Source of the DNA: Bacillota bacterium
Lineage (GTDB): Bacteria; Bacillota; Dethiobacteria; DTU022; UBA8154
Length of the DNA stretch: 57,396 bases
Direction of reading: 5' to 3'
NCBI GenBank assembly: GCA_012520035.1
Contig: JAAYOY010000090.1
Coordinates: forward strand, 1 to 57,396
Notes under the pieces: model-generated
Seen by the model: the letters and a program-made list of their open reading frames with translations, nothing else
Told to the model about the DNA's origin: nothing
The model's database searches: none
Made by a program: the position numbers and the translations under genes
Part shown: one piece after another, positions 36,420 to 46,383 of the stretch
Position numbering within the stretch: position 1 is the stretch's first letter
How the letters are laid out: each line of letters opens with the position of its first letter

Positions 36420-38507
36420 TTATTGATTATCCAGCCTTTTTTCTTGATAGTCACATTCCCTGTTTGAACAGCGATATACCGTATGAGGTCCTTTATGTTT
36501 TTTTTCTATTAAAAGATAACCGCACTGAGGGCATTTTTTATCCAGAGGTTTACTCCACGATACAAACTTACACTCCGGATAATTACTGCAACCATAAAAT
36601 AATCTCCCTTTTCTGCTTCTGCGCTCAATTATATTCCCGTTACATTGAGGGCATTTTACCCCTGTTTCTTTTTTATGTTGCATAGTATACCTGCATTCAG
36701 GGAAACCGGGGCATGCCAGAAACGGCCCATAGCGACCATGTTTTTTTACAAGTTTTTTTCCACAATGCGGGCATATTTCATCAGTTTCTTCATCCTGAAT
36801 TTCTACTTTTTTCATCTCGTTCTTCGCTACCTGTAAGCGGCCTTTAAAAGGAATATAAAATTCGTTTAAAACCTTTAAACGCGACTCTTCCCCCGATTCG
36901 ACTTTGTCAAGTTTATCTTCAAGCTGCGCTGTAAAATCCTCATCAATTATCTCGGGGAAATATTTTTTTAGTAATTCTACTATAATAAAACCCAGTTCAG
37001 TTGGCTTTAATGTCTTATTCTCCTTTATTACATAACCTCTGCTCTGGATAGTATCAATAGTAGGAGAATAAGTGCTGGGCCTTCCTATTCCCTTGTTTTC
37101 CAGAGTTTTGACCAGAGATGCTTCAGTAAACCTGGGTGGAGGCTGGGTAAAATGCTGTTCCGGCGATATAGTTACCGGCTCCAGCTTTTGCCCCTCTTTC
37201 AGCTGTGGAAGCTGTTTTTCCTTTTCTTTTTCCTCATCCTCCCCTTCAATATAAAGCACCATAAATCCTGGAAATTTAATGCTGGATCCGTTAGCTCTAA
37301 AAAGATAATCTCCGGCATCAATATCAACCCTTACCTGCTCAATAGTAGCAGATTCCATCTGACTGGCCAGAAACCGATCCCAGATTAATTTATAAAGCCG
37401 ATATTGATCTCTTTTCAAATATTTTTTAATTGTATCCGGATCTCTGGTAATTGACGTAGGCCGGATAGCCTCATGCGCCTCCTGCGCACCTTTCTTCGCA
37501 GTAAATTTCCTGGGTTTATCCGGCAAAAAGTTTGGACCGTATTTTTCATGTATATATTTTCCGGCCTCTTCCTGAGCAAGAGGAGAAACCGTAACAGCGT
37601 CTGTTCTAATATAAGTTATTAAACCAACAGCTTCTCCTTTTTGACCGATTGGCAATCCCTCATAAAGCTGCTGAGCAAGCATCATTGTTTTTTTTGTGGT
37701 GAAACCGAGCTTGCGTGAAGCTTCTTGCTGCAGAGTACTTGTTGAAAACGGCGGTGCAGGATTCCTTTTTCTTTCCTGTACTTGAATTTTAGTCACTTGA
37801 TAGTTAACGTCCTCAAGCGCGGATAATATTTTATTTACCTCTTCTTCACTTTTTAAATCTATCTTTTCGCCGTCTTTACCGTAAAATTTTGCATTAAAGG
37901 TATTTTTCCCATTCAATTCCTTAAATACGCCTTCAATTGACCAGTATTCTTCCGGAATAAAAGAATCTATTTCTTTTTCACGATCGCATATCATCCGGAC
38001 AGCCACAGACTGTACCCTTCCTGCACTAAGGCCTTTGCGCACATTTTCCCAAAGTAAAGGGCTGATCAGGTAACCTACAAGTCTGTCCAGAATACGCCTG
38101 GCCTGCTGAGCTTCGATTCTATGACGATCTATGGGTCGCGGTTTTGCAAAAGCATTTTTAACAGCATTTTTCGTGATCTCATGAAATTCAACCCGGCAAG
38201 GATAATCCTCCCTAATTCCAAGGGAATTACATAAATGCCAGCTTATTGCTTCCCCCTCCCTGTCGGGATCAGTTGCCAAAAAAACCTTTGCCGCTTTTTT
38301 ACTTGCTTCTTTTAATTCATTTAATATCTTTCCTTTACCCCTGATTGTTATATACCTGGGATTAAAATCATTTTCTATATCGATTCCGAGGCGGCTTTTC
38401 GGCAAGTCTACCAGGTGGCCGATGGAAGCTTTAACCATATATTTACTTCCCAAAAATTTACTTATAGTCCGTGCTTTTGCTGGAGATTCTACAATAACAA
38501 GATTCAT
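36420..38507 (-). CDS. topA: DNA topoisomerase I (type IA) with C-terminal Zn-ribbon repeats
   Basis: MNLVIVESPAKARTISKFLG... TOPRIM, ...active-site region..., three CxxC...CxxC zinc fingers at the C-terminus. Confidence 0.95.
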   Translation of the reverse strand: MNLVIVESPAKARTISKFLGSKYMVKASIGHLVDLPKSRLGIDIENDFNPRYITIRGKGKILNELKEASKKAAKVFLATDPDREGEAISWHLCNSLGIREDYPCRVEFHEITKNAVKNAFAKPRPIDRHRIEAQQARRILDRLVGYLISPLLWENVRKGLSAGRVQSVAVRMICDREKEIDSFIPEEYWSIEGVFKELNGKNTFNAKFYGKDGEKIDLKSEEEVNKILSALEDVNYQVTKIQVQERKRNPAPPFSTSTLQQEASRKLGFTTKKTMMLAQQLYEGLPIGQKGEAVGLITYIRTDAVTVSPLAQEEAGKYIHEKYGPNFLPDKPRKFTAKKGAQEAHEAIRPTSITRDPDTIKKYLKRDQYRLYKLIWDRFLASQMESATIEQVRVDIDAGDYLFRANGSSIKFPGFMVLYIEGEDEEKEKEKQLPQLKEGQKLEPVTISPEQHFTQPPPRFTEASLVKTLENKGIGRPSTYSPTIDTIQSRGYVIKENKTLKPTELGFIIVELLKKYFPEIIDEDFTAQLEDKLDKVESGEESRLKVLNEFYIPFKGRLQVAKNEMKKVEIQDEETDEICPHCGKKLVKKHGRYGPFLACPGFPECRYTMQHKKETGVKCPQCNGNIIERRSRKGRLFYGCSNYPECKFVSWSKPLDKKCPQCGYLLIEKKHKGPHTVYRCSNRECDYQEKRLDNQ

Positions 38508-38522
38508 TTCAGCACCTCCATC

Positions 38523-39650
38523 TTAATTCCTTACAAAATATTTCCCCGGCAGCTGCTTAATTATTCCTTTTAATTCCAAATTGAGCAATACAGTATTTAC
38601 TGTAGAAATAGGCATTTTGCTCATCCTCACGATATCCTCCAGGATAAGGGGCTCATAGGATATTACTTCTATCAATTTGATTTCATCCACACTGAACTCT
38701 CCCTGATCATCCGCCTCTCCAAAGGTTTTTGCCTGAGAAATAACGGCTTCATTTTCCGGGAAAGATTGTAATTCCTCCAAAATATCTTCGACCTTTTCTA
38801 CAAGCTTCGCCCCCTCTTTAATAAGTTTATGGCAACCCTTGCTGTAAGGGCTCTTAATCCCGCCCGGTACCGCAAATACTTCCCGGCCCTGTTCCAGGGC
38901 AAAATCAGTTGTAATAAGAGCGCCACTTCTTTCCCCTGCTTCTATAACTATTGTTCCCGCCGAAAGCCCGCTTATAATTCTATTTCTCCGGGGGAAATTT
39001 TGGGGGAAAGGTTCAATGCCAGGGGGAAACTCACTGATTACTGCTCCTGATTTAGATATCTTTTCCATTAGCGTTCTGTTCTCGGGAGGGTAGCAGATGT
39101 CCAGACCACAGCCCAGAACCGCTATAGTATTCCCTCCGGCATCAAGAGCACCTTTGTGGGCCCATGTGTCAATGCCCCTCGCCATACCGCTGACAACTGT
39201 TATATTATATTGTGCTAAATCCGCAGCAAATTTGTAGGCAACATCCTTTCCATAGGCCGTATGGCGGCGGCTTCCCACAATCGCCAGGCATGGAGCGGCC
39301 GAAACATGAATATCCCCCATATAATATAATAGAGGCGGAGCATCATATATTTCTTTTAAAAGGCAGGGGTAATCATCTTCATCCCAAATTACATATGAAT
39401 AACCTTTTTGTTCAAATTCCCCCCATGCTCTATCCAGGTTTATACCGCCGTGTTCCCTAGCAACCTTTTCAGCCAGGGGTTTGCCAATTCCTTTTACTTC
39501 GGCCAATGCCTCAATATTTTTTGCTGCTTCCCATGCCTGTTCTATAGAGCCAAAGTGACGGATTAACCTTTTTATCCTTACTGGGCCAAGCAATGGCATC
39601 AAATTAAATGCATGATAATATCTGGCCTTATAAACTTTTTCATCCAGCAA
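38523..39650 (-). CDS. dprA: DNA-processing protein DprA (Smf)
   Basis: ...AIVGSRRHTAYG...VVSGMARGIDTWAHKGALDAGG.TIAVLGCG Rossmann-like DprA core, C-terminal wHTH. TTG start with a GGAGG RBS. Confidence 0.9.
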   Translation of the reverse strand: MLDEKVYKARYYHAFNLMPLLGPVRIKRLIRHFGSIEQAWEAAKNIEALAEVKGIGKPLAEKVAREHGGINLDRAWGEFEQKGYSYVIWDEDDYPCLLKEIYDAPPLLYYMGDIHVSAAPCLAIVGSRRHTAYGKDVAYKFAADLAQYNITVVSGMARGIDTWAHKGALDAGGNTIAVLGCGLDICYPPENRTLMEKISKSGAVISEFPPGIEPFPQNFPRRNRIISGLSAGTIVIEAGERSGALITTDFALEQGREVFAVPGGIKSPYSKGCHKLIKEGAKLVEKVEDILEELQSFPENEAVISQAKTFGEADDQGEFSVDEIKLIEVISYEPLILEDIVRMSKMPISTVNTVLLNLELKGIIKQLPGKYFVRN

Positions 39651-39697
39651 GTCAACTTCCTCCCCCGGGCAGGTTTACCCTGAAATAGACAGATAGA

Positions 39698-39720
39698 AAC
39701 CATGAGTAAAAACTCATGGT
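39698..39720 (-). terminator. Probable terminator after the KamA-like gene
   Basis: ACCATGAGT-TTTT-ACTCATGGT followed by TTCT on the minus strand, about 30 nt after the stop. Confidence 0.5.
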
Positions 39721-39751
39721 CCCGGATGAAGACACCCATTTTATCAGCAAC

Positions 39752-40993
39752 CTATGTTTCCTCGATATTATCATATTCAAGAATTCTTTTTTCCCATGTT
39801 CTAATCAACATTTTGTTTTTACCCATGGAAATCAGGTATTCAGGAAACATAGGCGTTTTACCGTAACCATGCGGGGCATTAATAATATACGTCGGAATAG
39901 CCAGACCAGATGTATATCCCCTTAATTGCTCCATTATTTCAATACCGTCTTCTACTTTAGTACGAAAATGTCTTGTTCCTTGAACTCCTTTAGCATGAAA
40001 AAGAAGATAAGGCTTTACCATAATTTTCAACAGTTCCTGGTTTAATACCTTCATGGTAAAAGGATCGTTATTAATTCCCTTTAAAAGAACCGACTGGTTA
40101 CCGAGTGCTATTCCACATTTGGCCAGCTTAAAACAGGCCTCCCCGGCATCCGGTGTCACCTCCATGGGATGATTGAACTGGGTATTAATATATAAAGGCA
40201 GGTGCTTACTCAACATCCCGCATAGCTCATCAGTTATCCGGTAAGGCAGGGTAACGGGAACCCTGCTTCCCAAACGCTTTATTTCTACGTGGGGGATGTT
40301 ATCGAGTTCAGTCAAGATCCAATCAAGGGTTTTTTCGGAAAGCATCAGCGCATCTCCGCCGGTAATCAGAACATCCCTGATTTCTTCATTTTCCGCAATA
40401 TATTTAATGGCGGACTCTAAATTCTTGCGGGGAGTATGCCGATCAATTTCGCCGATATTTCTCCTCCGCTGGCAGTGCCGGCAGTAGCTGGCACACTGGT
40501 TGGTAACATTAATAATAAGGCGATCGGGATATCGCCTGGTAATTGCAGGTGCGGGCGAGGTGTACTCCTCTGCCATGGGATCCAAAACCCCACAATCGTC
40601 AAAATACTCTTTTGCAGACGGTACAGATTGCATACGCACAGGATCAACCGGATTGACGGGATCAACAAGGCTCAGATAATAAGGTACCATTGCCCAGCGA
40701 AACTTGCTTCCGGTTAACGATATTTCCTGCTTTTCTTCCGGGCTGAGCTGAATAAATTTTTCCAGCTGCTCGACATTTTGTATGCGATTCCGCAGCTGCC
40801 ATTTCCAATCTCTCCATTCCTTATTTGAAACACCAAAAACCTTCTTAATATGCTCCTGCCTGGATTTTATCTTTTCCCACTCTTTATAGCCGGTGGGAAA
40901 AGCTTTTTTGTAATCTAAAAAATCTGCTATACTCTCTTTTAGTTCAGCAGCTCTTTTTATTGATATATCCCTGCAAACATCATCTGGCATCAT
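39752..40993 (-). CDS. KamA-family radical SAM aminomutase (lysine/glutamate 2,3-aminomutase-like)
   Basis: Start trimmed to ATG 40993 (MMPDDV...) with an AAGGAGG RBS. ...VTNQCASYCRHCQRRR (CxxxCxxC), ...DVLITGGDALML..., ...NHP.E... typical of the KamA family. Confidence 0.85.
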   Translation of the reverse strand: MMPDDVCRDISIKRAAELKESIADFLDYKKAFPTGYKEWEKIKSRQEHIKKVFGVSNKEWRDWKWQLRNRIQNVEQLEKFIQLSPEEKQEISLTGSKFRWAMVPYYLSLVDPVNPVDPVRMQSVPSAKEYFDDCGVLDPMAEEYTSPAPAITRRYPDRLIINVTNQCASYCRHCQRRRNIGEIDRHTPRKNLESAIKYIAENEEIRDVLITGGDALMLSEKTLDWILTELDNIPHVEIKRLGSRVPVTLPYRITDELCGMLSKHLPLYINTQFNHPMEVTPDAGEACFKLAKCGIALGNQSVLLKGINNDPFTMKVLNQELLKIMVKPYLLFHAKGVQGTRHFRTKVEDGIEIMEQLRGYTSGLAIPTYIINAPHGYGKTPMFPEYLISMGKNKMLIRTWEKRILEYDNIEET

Positions 40994-41128
40994 AAACCTC
41001 CTTGCTAACCAACAAAAATCAATTTTGAAAATTATTTTGATTATAGCATAAATATAAAAAAGTGTAAACAACTCACCCCGGCAAGTAAAATGTACCGTCG
41101 ATGGAATAGTAAGGCGCCAAAAATGCGC

Positions 41129-41494
41129 CTAACCCTCCGTGGCAATTTGTATAATCTGATTCTTTTCGTTTACAAACAACACTATCGGCCGATAATCCCG
41201 GAGTTCTTCCCGAGAATAGTGAGCAAAACTGATAATGATAACCGTATCCCCCGGCTGGACAAGACGTGCAGCAGCCCCATTGAGGCATATTACCCCTTTT
41301 CCACGTTCCCCTTTGATAACATAAGTTTCCAGACGTGCGCCATTATTATTGTTTACCACCATCACCTTTTCATAAGGAAGAATATCAGCTTTTTCCATTA
41401 ATTCTTCATCAATAGTAATACTGCCGATATAATTTAAATTTGCATCTGTGACAGTAGCTCTATGAATTTTGGATTTACACATTGTCCTCCACAA
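41129..41494 (-). CDS. panD: Aspartate 1-decarboxylase (pyruvoyl-dependent)
   Basis: [29 protein letters not shown] contains the conserved G-S self-cleavage site. TTG start 3 nt after the panC stop. Confidence 0.9.
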   Translation of the reverse strand: MWRTMCKSKIHRATVTDANLNYIGSITIDEELMEKADILPYEKVMVVNNNNGARLETYVIKGERGKGVICLNGAAARLVQPGDTVIIISFAHYSREELRDYRPIVLFVNEKNQIIQIATEG

Positions 41495-41497
41495 AGC

Positions 41498-42346
41498 TTA
41501 CACCTCCAGAATTATATTATCAATTAATCTGGTTTGACCAAATTTAACGGCAAGGGCAATCAGACATTCTCCTTTTAACATGTGAAGGGAACGCAGATTT
41601 TGGGTATCGACTATTTCTATATATTCAATTTGGGCATGTCCAGCTTCAGAGATTATATCGGATATCACTTTTTTAATTACTTCGACATTCCTTTCTCCCT
41701 CAACGGCCAACTTGCGGGCCTGTTTCAAACTTTTATATAGTACTGCAGCTTCTTTTCTCTGTTCGGGCGTCAGATATTTATTGCGGGAACTCATCGCCAA
41801 ACCGTCATCTTCCCTAAAGGTGGGCAGAACAATAAACTCCAGATCCATATTTAAATCATTAACCATTTTCTTAAGCACAAAAGCCTGCTGGGCATCTTTT
41901 TGACCAAAATAAACGCGATCGGGTCTGAGCAGATTAAAGAGCTTGGTTACCACAGTGGTAACACCGAGAAAATGTCCCGGCCGGGATGCACCGCAGAGGC
42001 CTTCCGTCAGTTTTTTAACCTCAACGAACGTTCCATAGCCGGTAGGATACATCTCCTTCACCGAAGGCGAAAAAATAAGATCACAGCCCGTCGAACGGGC
42101 GAGCATTTCGTCCCTGGCAAGATCCCGGGGGTATTCTTCAAAATCTTCTCCCGCCCCGAACTGCAGAGGGTTAACAAAAATACTGATCGCCATAAAATCA
42201 TTTTCTTTTTTAGCGGTTTTCATCAAAGAAAGATGCCCCTCGTGCAAATACCCCATGGTAGGTACGAACCCAATACTCAATCCCTTTTTCTTTACTTCGC
42301 GGATCCTCTCCCGTAACCTGGCAATATCCTTGATTATTTCCAACAA
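41498..42346 (-). CDS. panC: Pantoate--beta-alanine ligase
   Basis: ...GFVPTMGYLHEGHLSLM...SIFVNPLQF...FGQKDAQQ... canonical PanC motifs. Confidence 0.95.
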   Translation of the reverse strand: MLEIIKDIARLRERIREVKKKGLSIGFVPTMGYLHEGHLSLMKTAKKENDFMAISIFVNPLQFGAGEDFEEYPRDLARDEMLARSTGCDLIFSPSVKEMYPTGYGTFVEVKKLTEGLCGASRPGHFLGVTTVVTKLFNLLRPDRVYFGQKDAQQAFVLKKMVNDLNMDLEFIVLPTFREDDGLAMSSRNKYLTPEQRKEAAVLYKSLKQARKLAVEGERNVEVIKKVISDIISEAGHAQIEYIEIVDTQNLRSLHMLKGECLIALAVKFGQTRLIDNIILEV

Positions 42347-42395
42347 GCTCTCCCCCCGGAATACTAATAAGAAAAACAGCCACAGCTAACAAAGG

Positions 42396-43238
42396 TTATT
42401 CCTTCAACGCAATCTCCAGGATCTCCTCAGACATGGTGAAAGTATGTTTTTCTTCAGGATAAGTACCTTGTCTAACTTCGGAAATATAAGCTTCAACACC
42501 TTTTTTCATTTCATCTCTTGCTGCAGCATATTGTTTTACAAACTTCGGCCTTTTACCCGCATAGATGCCCATAACATCGTGAAAAACCAGAACCTGGCCG
42601 TCACAATACGCTCCGGCTCCGATCCCGATTACGGGTATTGATAGCTTTTCAGTTATTACCTTACCCAGCTGCCAGGGTATACATTCCAGAACGACCATAA
42701 AAGCGCCGGCATCTTCCAGGGTCAGGGCATCTTTAATCATTTTCCGCGCTACCTGCGGATCTTTTCCCTGAACTTTATAACCCCCGAGCTGTCCAACCGA
42801 TTGAGGTGTCAAGCCCAAATGGCCCACAACAGGTATACCCGCTGAAGTAATGCCCTTTACAGCCTCAGCGATTTCCACTCCGCCTTCCAGCTTTAACCCC
42901 TGTGCCCCTGTTTCCTGGATGATTCTTCCGGCATTGCGCAGGGCATCCTCGCTGTTTATCTGGTATGTCAAAAACGGCATATCAATGATTACAAAAGCCC
43001 TTTTACTGCCTCTGACTACCGCCTTGCCATGATGAATCATATCGTTTAAGGTAACAGCAAGGGTATTATCGTAACCCAGCACCACATTCCCCAAAGAGTC
43101 CCCAACAAGAATAGTCTCTACGCCGGCTTCGTCAGCGATCTGTGCCGTTGGATAATCATAAGCGGTAATCATTGTAATTTTTTCTTTCCTCTGTTTCATT
43201 TCTTTCAGTTCCAGGGTTGTAAAACGATTGACAGTCAT
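42396..43238 (-). CDS. panB: 3-methyl-2-oxobutanoate hydroxymethyltransferase
   Basis: ...ITMITAYDYPTAQIADEAGVETILVGDSLGNVVLGY...HLGLTPQS... canonical PanB. ATGA overlap with the upstream gene. Confidence 0.95.
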   Translation of the reverse strand: MTVNRFTTLELKEMKQRKEKITMITAYDYPTAQIADEAGVETILVGDSLGNVVLGYDNTLAVTLNDMIHHGKAVVRGSKRAFVIIDMPFLTYQINSEDALRNAGRIIQETGAQGLKLEGGVEIAEAVKGITSAGIPVVGHLGLTPQSVGQLGGYKVQGKDPQVARKMIKDALTLEDAGAFMVVLECIPWQLGKVITEKLSIPVIGIGAGAYCDGQVLVFHDVMGIYAGKRPKFVKQYAAARDEMKKGVEAYISEVRQGTYPEEKHTFTMSEEILEIALKE

Positions 43239-44107
43239 TTTAATCCTCCTAGCAATTTTTTGATTTTTTCTTCTCCTTCTTTATCGAGCGTACCCTTTTT
43301 AAGGGCAAGATCCACTGTATAGAGCCCCAGGGACCGGTACAGCGGAAGGAGTTCCGGTGTCAGCTTCCGCATGATGTCTATATGTGAACTGATCGTAGAA
43401 CTGTCGCCCCGTGATACCGGGCCTGTCAAAGCCTTTTCAGGTCCCAGTGCTTTTATATTGCCCATTGTGCTAAAAATTAACGGAGAAAGTGCTTCAAATG
43501 CTTTTTCAGGAGAAATTTCCATAACCCTGTACATCCTTAAGGCCACATCCATAAGTGATACCAAATAATTGCAGGCCACGCATGCCGCCGCATGATAAAG
43601 CGGTTTCATCTCTGTAGGTATAGTAAGCATCTTCCCTTCCATGGCAACAACCAGTTCCTCAGCAAGGGGTAAAGCCTTTTCATCCCCCTCTACGGCAAAA
43701 AATGTACCCGGCAGGGAACGCAAACCAGCCTCAAGCTCCGGAAAGGTTTGCAAGGGGTGGAATGAAAGGACATCTGCCCCCATATCCCTTGCAGAAATTA
43801 ATATGGTTGAGCTATGGGCGCCGCTGGTATGCAAAACAACCTGTCCCTTTCTAAACCCCTTTTTTAACGCTATCGATACACATACTTCTTCGATAACGCG
43901 ATCCGGGGTGGTTAAAAAGACGACATCCGCTTCATAGGCAGCCTTTTCGGGTTCGCTGTAAACAGGACATTGAAATAAATTTGCAGCCATTTCTCTTGAT
44001 TTTTCTGATCTGGAAAAAGCCGAAGTTATCCTATAACCTTTTTTCTTAAGGGCACAACCAAGAACTTTTCCTACATTTCCGGCGCCAATAATAGCTATTT
44101 TACGCAC
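43235..44107 (-). CDS. Rossmann-fold NADP oxidoreductase with DUF2520-like C-domain (candidate ketopantoate reductase for the pan operon)
   Basis: MRKIAIIGAGNVGKVLG... First gene of the pan operon. Function inferred from context only. Confidence 0.6.
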   Translation of the reverse strand: MRKIAIIGAGNVGKVLGCALKKKGYRITSAFSRSEKSREMAANLFQCPVYSEPEKAAYEADVVFLTTPDRVIEEVCVSIALKKGFRKGQVVLHTSGAHSSTILISARDMGADVLSFHPLQTFPELEAGLRSLPGTFFAVEGDEKALPLAEELVVAMEGKMLTIPTEMKPLYHAAACVACNYLVSLMDVALRMYRVMEISPEKAFEALSPLIFSTMGNIKALGPEKALTGPVSRGDSSTISSHIDIMRKLTPELLPLYRSLGLYTVDLALKKGTLDKEGEEKIKKLLGGLK

Positions 44108-44332
44108 ATACTAAACCTGCCTTTTAAATAATAAAACCTTCCTGGCGGGCAGGAAGGCACACTACTTCCATTCATTACACACGTACCTACTGTCCCGGTC
44201 CTTTATTCGGCTCCAGGCAGAAAAATATCCGGTTGTAAACTTTAATTAACCTTAATTAACCCTGGCAACAATGGTGCAGGCACTGTGTTCCCGCCCAAAA
44301 AATATTTTAACACTTAATTAGTACAAATACAA
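44108..44332 (-). promoter_or_regulatory. Candidate promoter plus ~190-nt structured leader with terminator hairpin upstream of the pan operon
   Basis: Minus strand TTGTAT (44332..44327), 17 nt, TAAAAT (44309..44304). Leader ends with CCUUCCUG-CCCGC-CAGGAAGG plus UUUUAUUAUUU (44157..44126), about 19 nt before the GTG. The 5' GGGCGGGAA can pair with UUCCUGCCC of the terminator. Confidence 0.45.
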
Positions 44333-44348
44333 TAACCTTGTTATTTTT

Positions 44349-45341
44349 TTACCAATTTTTTTTCAATAACTCCAACAATAAAGAAACACCGTTTTCGACA
44401 TCATTGAGATCCACCATTTCACCTGGCGAATGAACATAGCGGCAGGGGATGGAGAGCGCTCCGGAGCGGATACCTTCCTTCGAAAGGTGTATAGCTCCAG
44501 CATCGGTACCCCCCTTTTCCAACACTTCAAGCTGGTAGGGAATATTATTGGTTTCCGCCGTTTCTATCATTAATTGTATAACCTGCGGGTGACAAATAAC
44601 TGATGAATCCTTAATTTTTACTGCAGGCCCCTTTCCCAGCGACACCTCCATCTTATAATCCGGTTCAGGAGTATCCCCCACCCTTGTTACATCAACCGCC
44701 AGACCGTAATCGGGCTCTAAGCGATAGGAAACCGTCCTGGCTCCCCTTAACCCAACCTCTTCCTGGACTGTAAAAACAAAATATACTTCGTTCGGCAAGG
44801 AAGAAGGAAGCCTTTTTAACACTTCCAGCAACACAGCACAGCCAATGCGATTATCAAGGGTTTTTGCTACGATCCTGTCTCCAAGCCTATTAAAGGGAGT
44901 ATAAAAAACCGCCGGGCTGCCTATGCGCACCATTTTCTGTGCTTCGTTCCGGTCCTTTGCACCGATATCAATATATAACTTATTTAAATCAAAATTCTTT
45001 GCTTCTTTAATCTTTTCCCGACCGATTATACCAACAATTCCATTTTCAAAAACAACCCTTGTTCCTAACAGGGTTTCTTTTAAAACACCGCCGATATTTG
45101 TAAAGCGTAAAAAGCCGTTTTCATCTATAAATGTAACCATTAAACCTATTTCATCCATATGTGCAGCCGTTAAAATTTTTTTTCCGGATCTACCCCCTAC
45201 GGTAACAACCAGATTCCCAAGGGTATCCACGAAATAATTATGATTTAGCTTCCCCACCTCTTCACAAAGAAGAGCTCTTATTTTTCCTTCACTGCCGGCG
45301 GGGCCAAAAGTTCCGGTTAGCCTTTCTATCAAGTCGATCAT
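44349..45341 (-). CDS. M42-family metallopeptidase (glutamyl aminopeptidase/CelM-FrvX-like)
   Basis: ...FGPAGSEGKIR...TAHMDEIGLMV...TVQEEVGLRGA... Confidence 0.85.
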   Translation of the reverse strand: MIDLIERLTGTFGPAGSEGKIRALLCEEVGKLNHNYFVDTLGNLVVTVGGRSGKKILTAAHMDEIGLMVTFIDENGFLRFTNIGGVLKETLLGTRVVFENGIVGIIGREKIKEAKNFDLNKLYIDIGAKDRNEAQKMVRIGSPAVFYTPFNRLGDRIVAKTLDNRIGCAVLLEVLKRLPSSLPNEVYFVFTVQEEVGLRGARTVSYRLEPDYGLAVDVTRVGDTPEPDYKMEVSLGKGPAVKIKDSSVICHPQVIQLMIETAETNNIPYQLEVLEKGGTDAGAIHLSKEGIRSGALSIPCRYVHSPGEMVDLNDVENGVSLLLELLKKNW

Positions 45342-45360
45342 ATCAACAACCCCTTTTCAT

Positions 45361-46383
45361 TTATATTCCCTTTTCAGATACTGACCTGATAAATAAATCT
45401 ATTATATTAACCAGATGGTTCCAATCTTCCAGTGATAACAATGACACGGGTGTATGAATATACCTGCAGGGAGTAGAGATTACGCCGACAGCCGCGCCGC
45501 TGTGAGCCAGCGCGACTGCACCGGCATCAGTAAAACTGCCGGTATAGCGCCGGAACTGATAGGGGATCTTTTCCTGTCCGGCAATCGACACCAGACGATC
45601 CAGTATCTGCGGATGAGCCATAAAAGAATCATCCATCAGAGTAAAGGCAGGGCCGCCGCCGATTGCCACGGAGCCGTTCTGCTCCTTTACCCCGGGAATA
45701 TCCATCGCCCCGGTAGTTTCCAGGACCAGAGCTATCCTCGGATTCACCCTGTGTGCTGCCGCTCTGGCTCCCCTTGAGCCAACTTCCTCCTGTACTGTAA
45801 ACACTACTGTAAAAGAAAAGGGATAATCTTTTTGCAGTATTTCCAACAGAGCTGCACATCCCGCCCTGTTATCGAAAGCCTTTCCCTTCACCAGATTTTC
45901 AATTGTGGAGGCTTCACTGTCAAAGGATACGTAATCTCCGATTTTGATCGCCTTTTCAGCATCTTCCCTGTTTTTAGCGCCAATGTCGATATACAGTTTA
46001 TCAACTTCCAGGGCTTTTTTCCTCTCATCTTTTTTTTGCAGATGAATAGCCTTGGCGCCGATGACTCCCCTGACATCCCGGTGGCCTATCTTCACCGGCT
46101 TGGAGACAAGGGTATGCTCATATATGCCTCCTACTTTATAAAAACGCAGGTGCCCGCTTTTTTCTATAGAAGAAACCATCAGGCCCACTTCGTCCATATG
46201 TGCTGTTAACATGATACCGGAATCTTCTCCCTTGCCCCGGCCTTCTTTAAAAGCATATAAATTACCCATCGAATCGGTCTGGTTTTTAATCCCCCACTGC
46301 ACCAGTTTTTCCTTGATAAAATTTCTAACCCTCGATTCATCGCCTGAAACACCGGGCAACTGGGATAGCTCTTTTATATACAT
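45361..46383 (-). CDS. M42-family metallopeptidase (paralog 2)
   Basis: ...LPGVSGDES...TAHMDEVGLMV...TVQEEVGSRGA... Confidence 0.85.
   Translation of the reverse strand: MYIKELSQLPGVSGDESRVRNFIKEKLVQWGIKNQTDSMGNLYAFKEGRGKGEDSGIMLTAHMDEVGLMVSSIEKSGHLRFYKVGGIYEHTLVSKPVKIGHRDVRGVIGAKAIHLQKKDERKKALEVDKLYIDIGAKNREDAEKAIKIGDYVSFDSEASTIENLVKGKAFDNRAGCAALLEILQKDYPFSFTVVFTVQEEVGSRGARAAAHRVNPRIALVLETTGAMDIPGVKEQNGSVAIGGGPAFTLMDDSFMAHPQILDRLVSIAGQEKIPYQFRRYTGSFTDAGAVALAHSGAAVGVISTPCRYIHTPVSLLSLEDWNHLVNIIDLFIRSVSEKGI

Noticed and set aside
41073-41288. 71-aa minus-strand ORF overlapping panD in another frame.
   Set aside because: It overlaps the conserved panD reading frame and shows no independent signals.
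44137-44157. The hairpin as merely the terminator of the upstream M42 peptidase operon.
   Set aside because: Not fully excluded. However, it lies about 190 nt past that stop and only about 19 nt before the pan start. That leaves no room for a pan promoter downstream, and a good promoter sits upstream of it. The attenuator interpretation was therefore kept as a finding.
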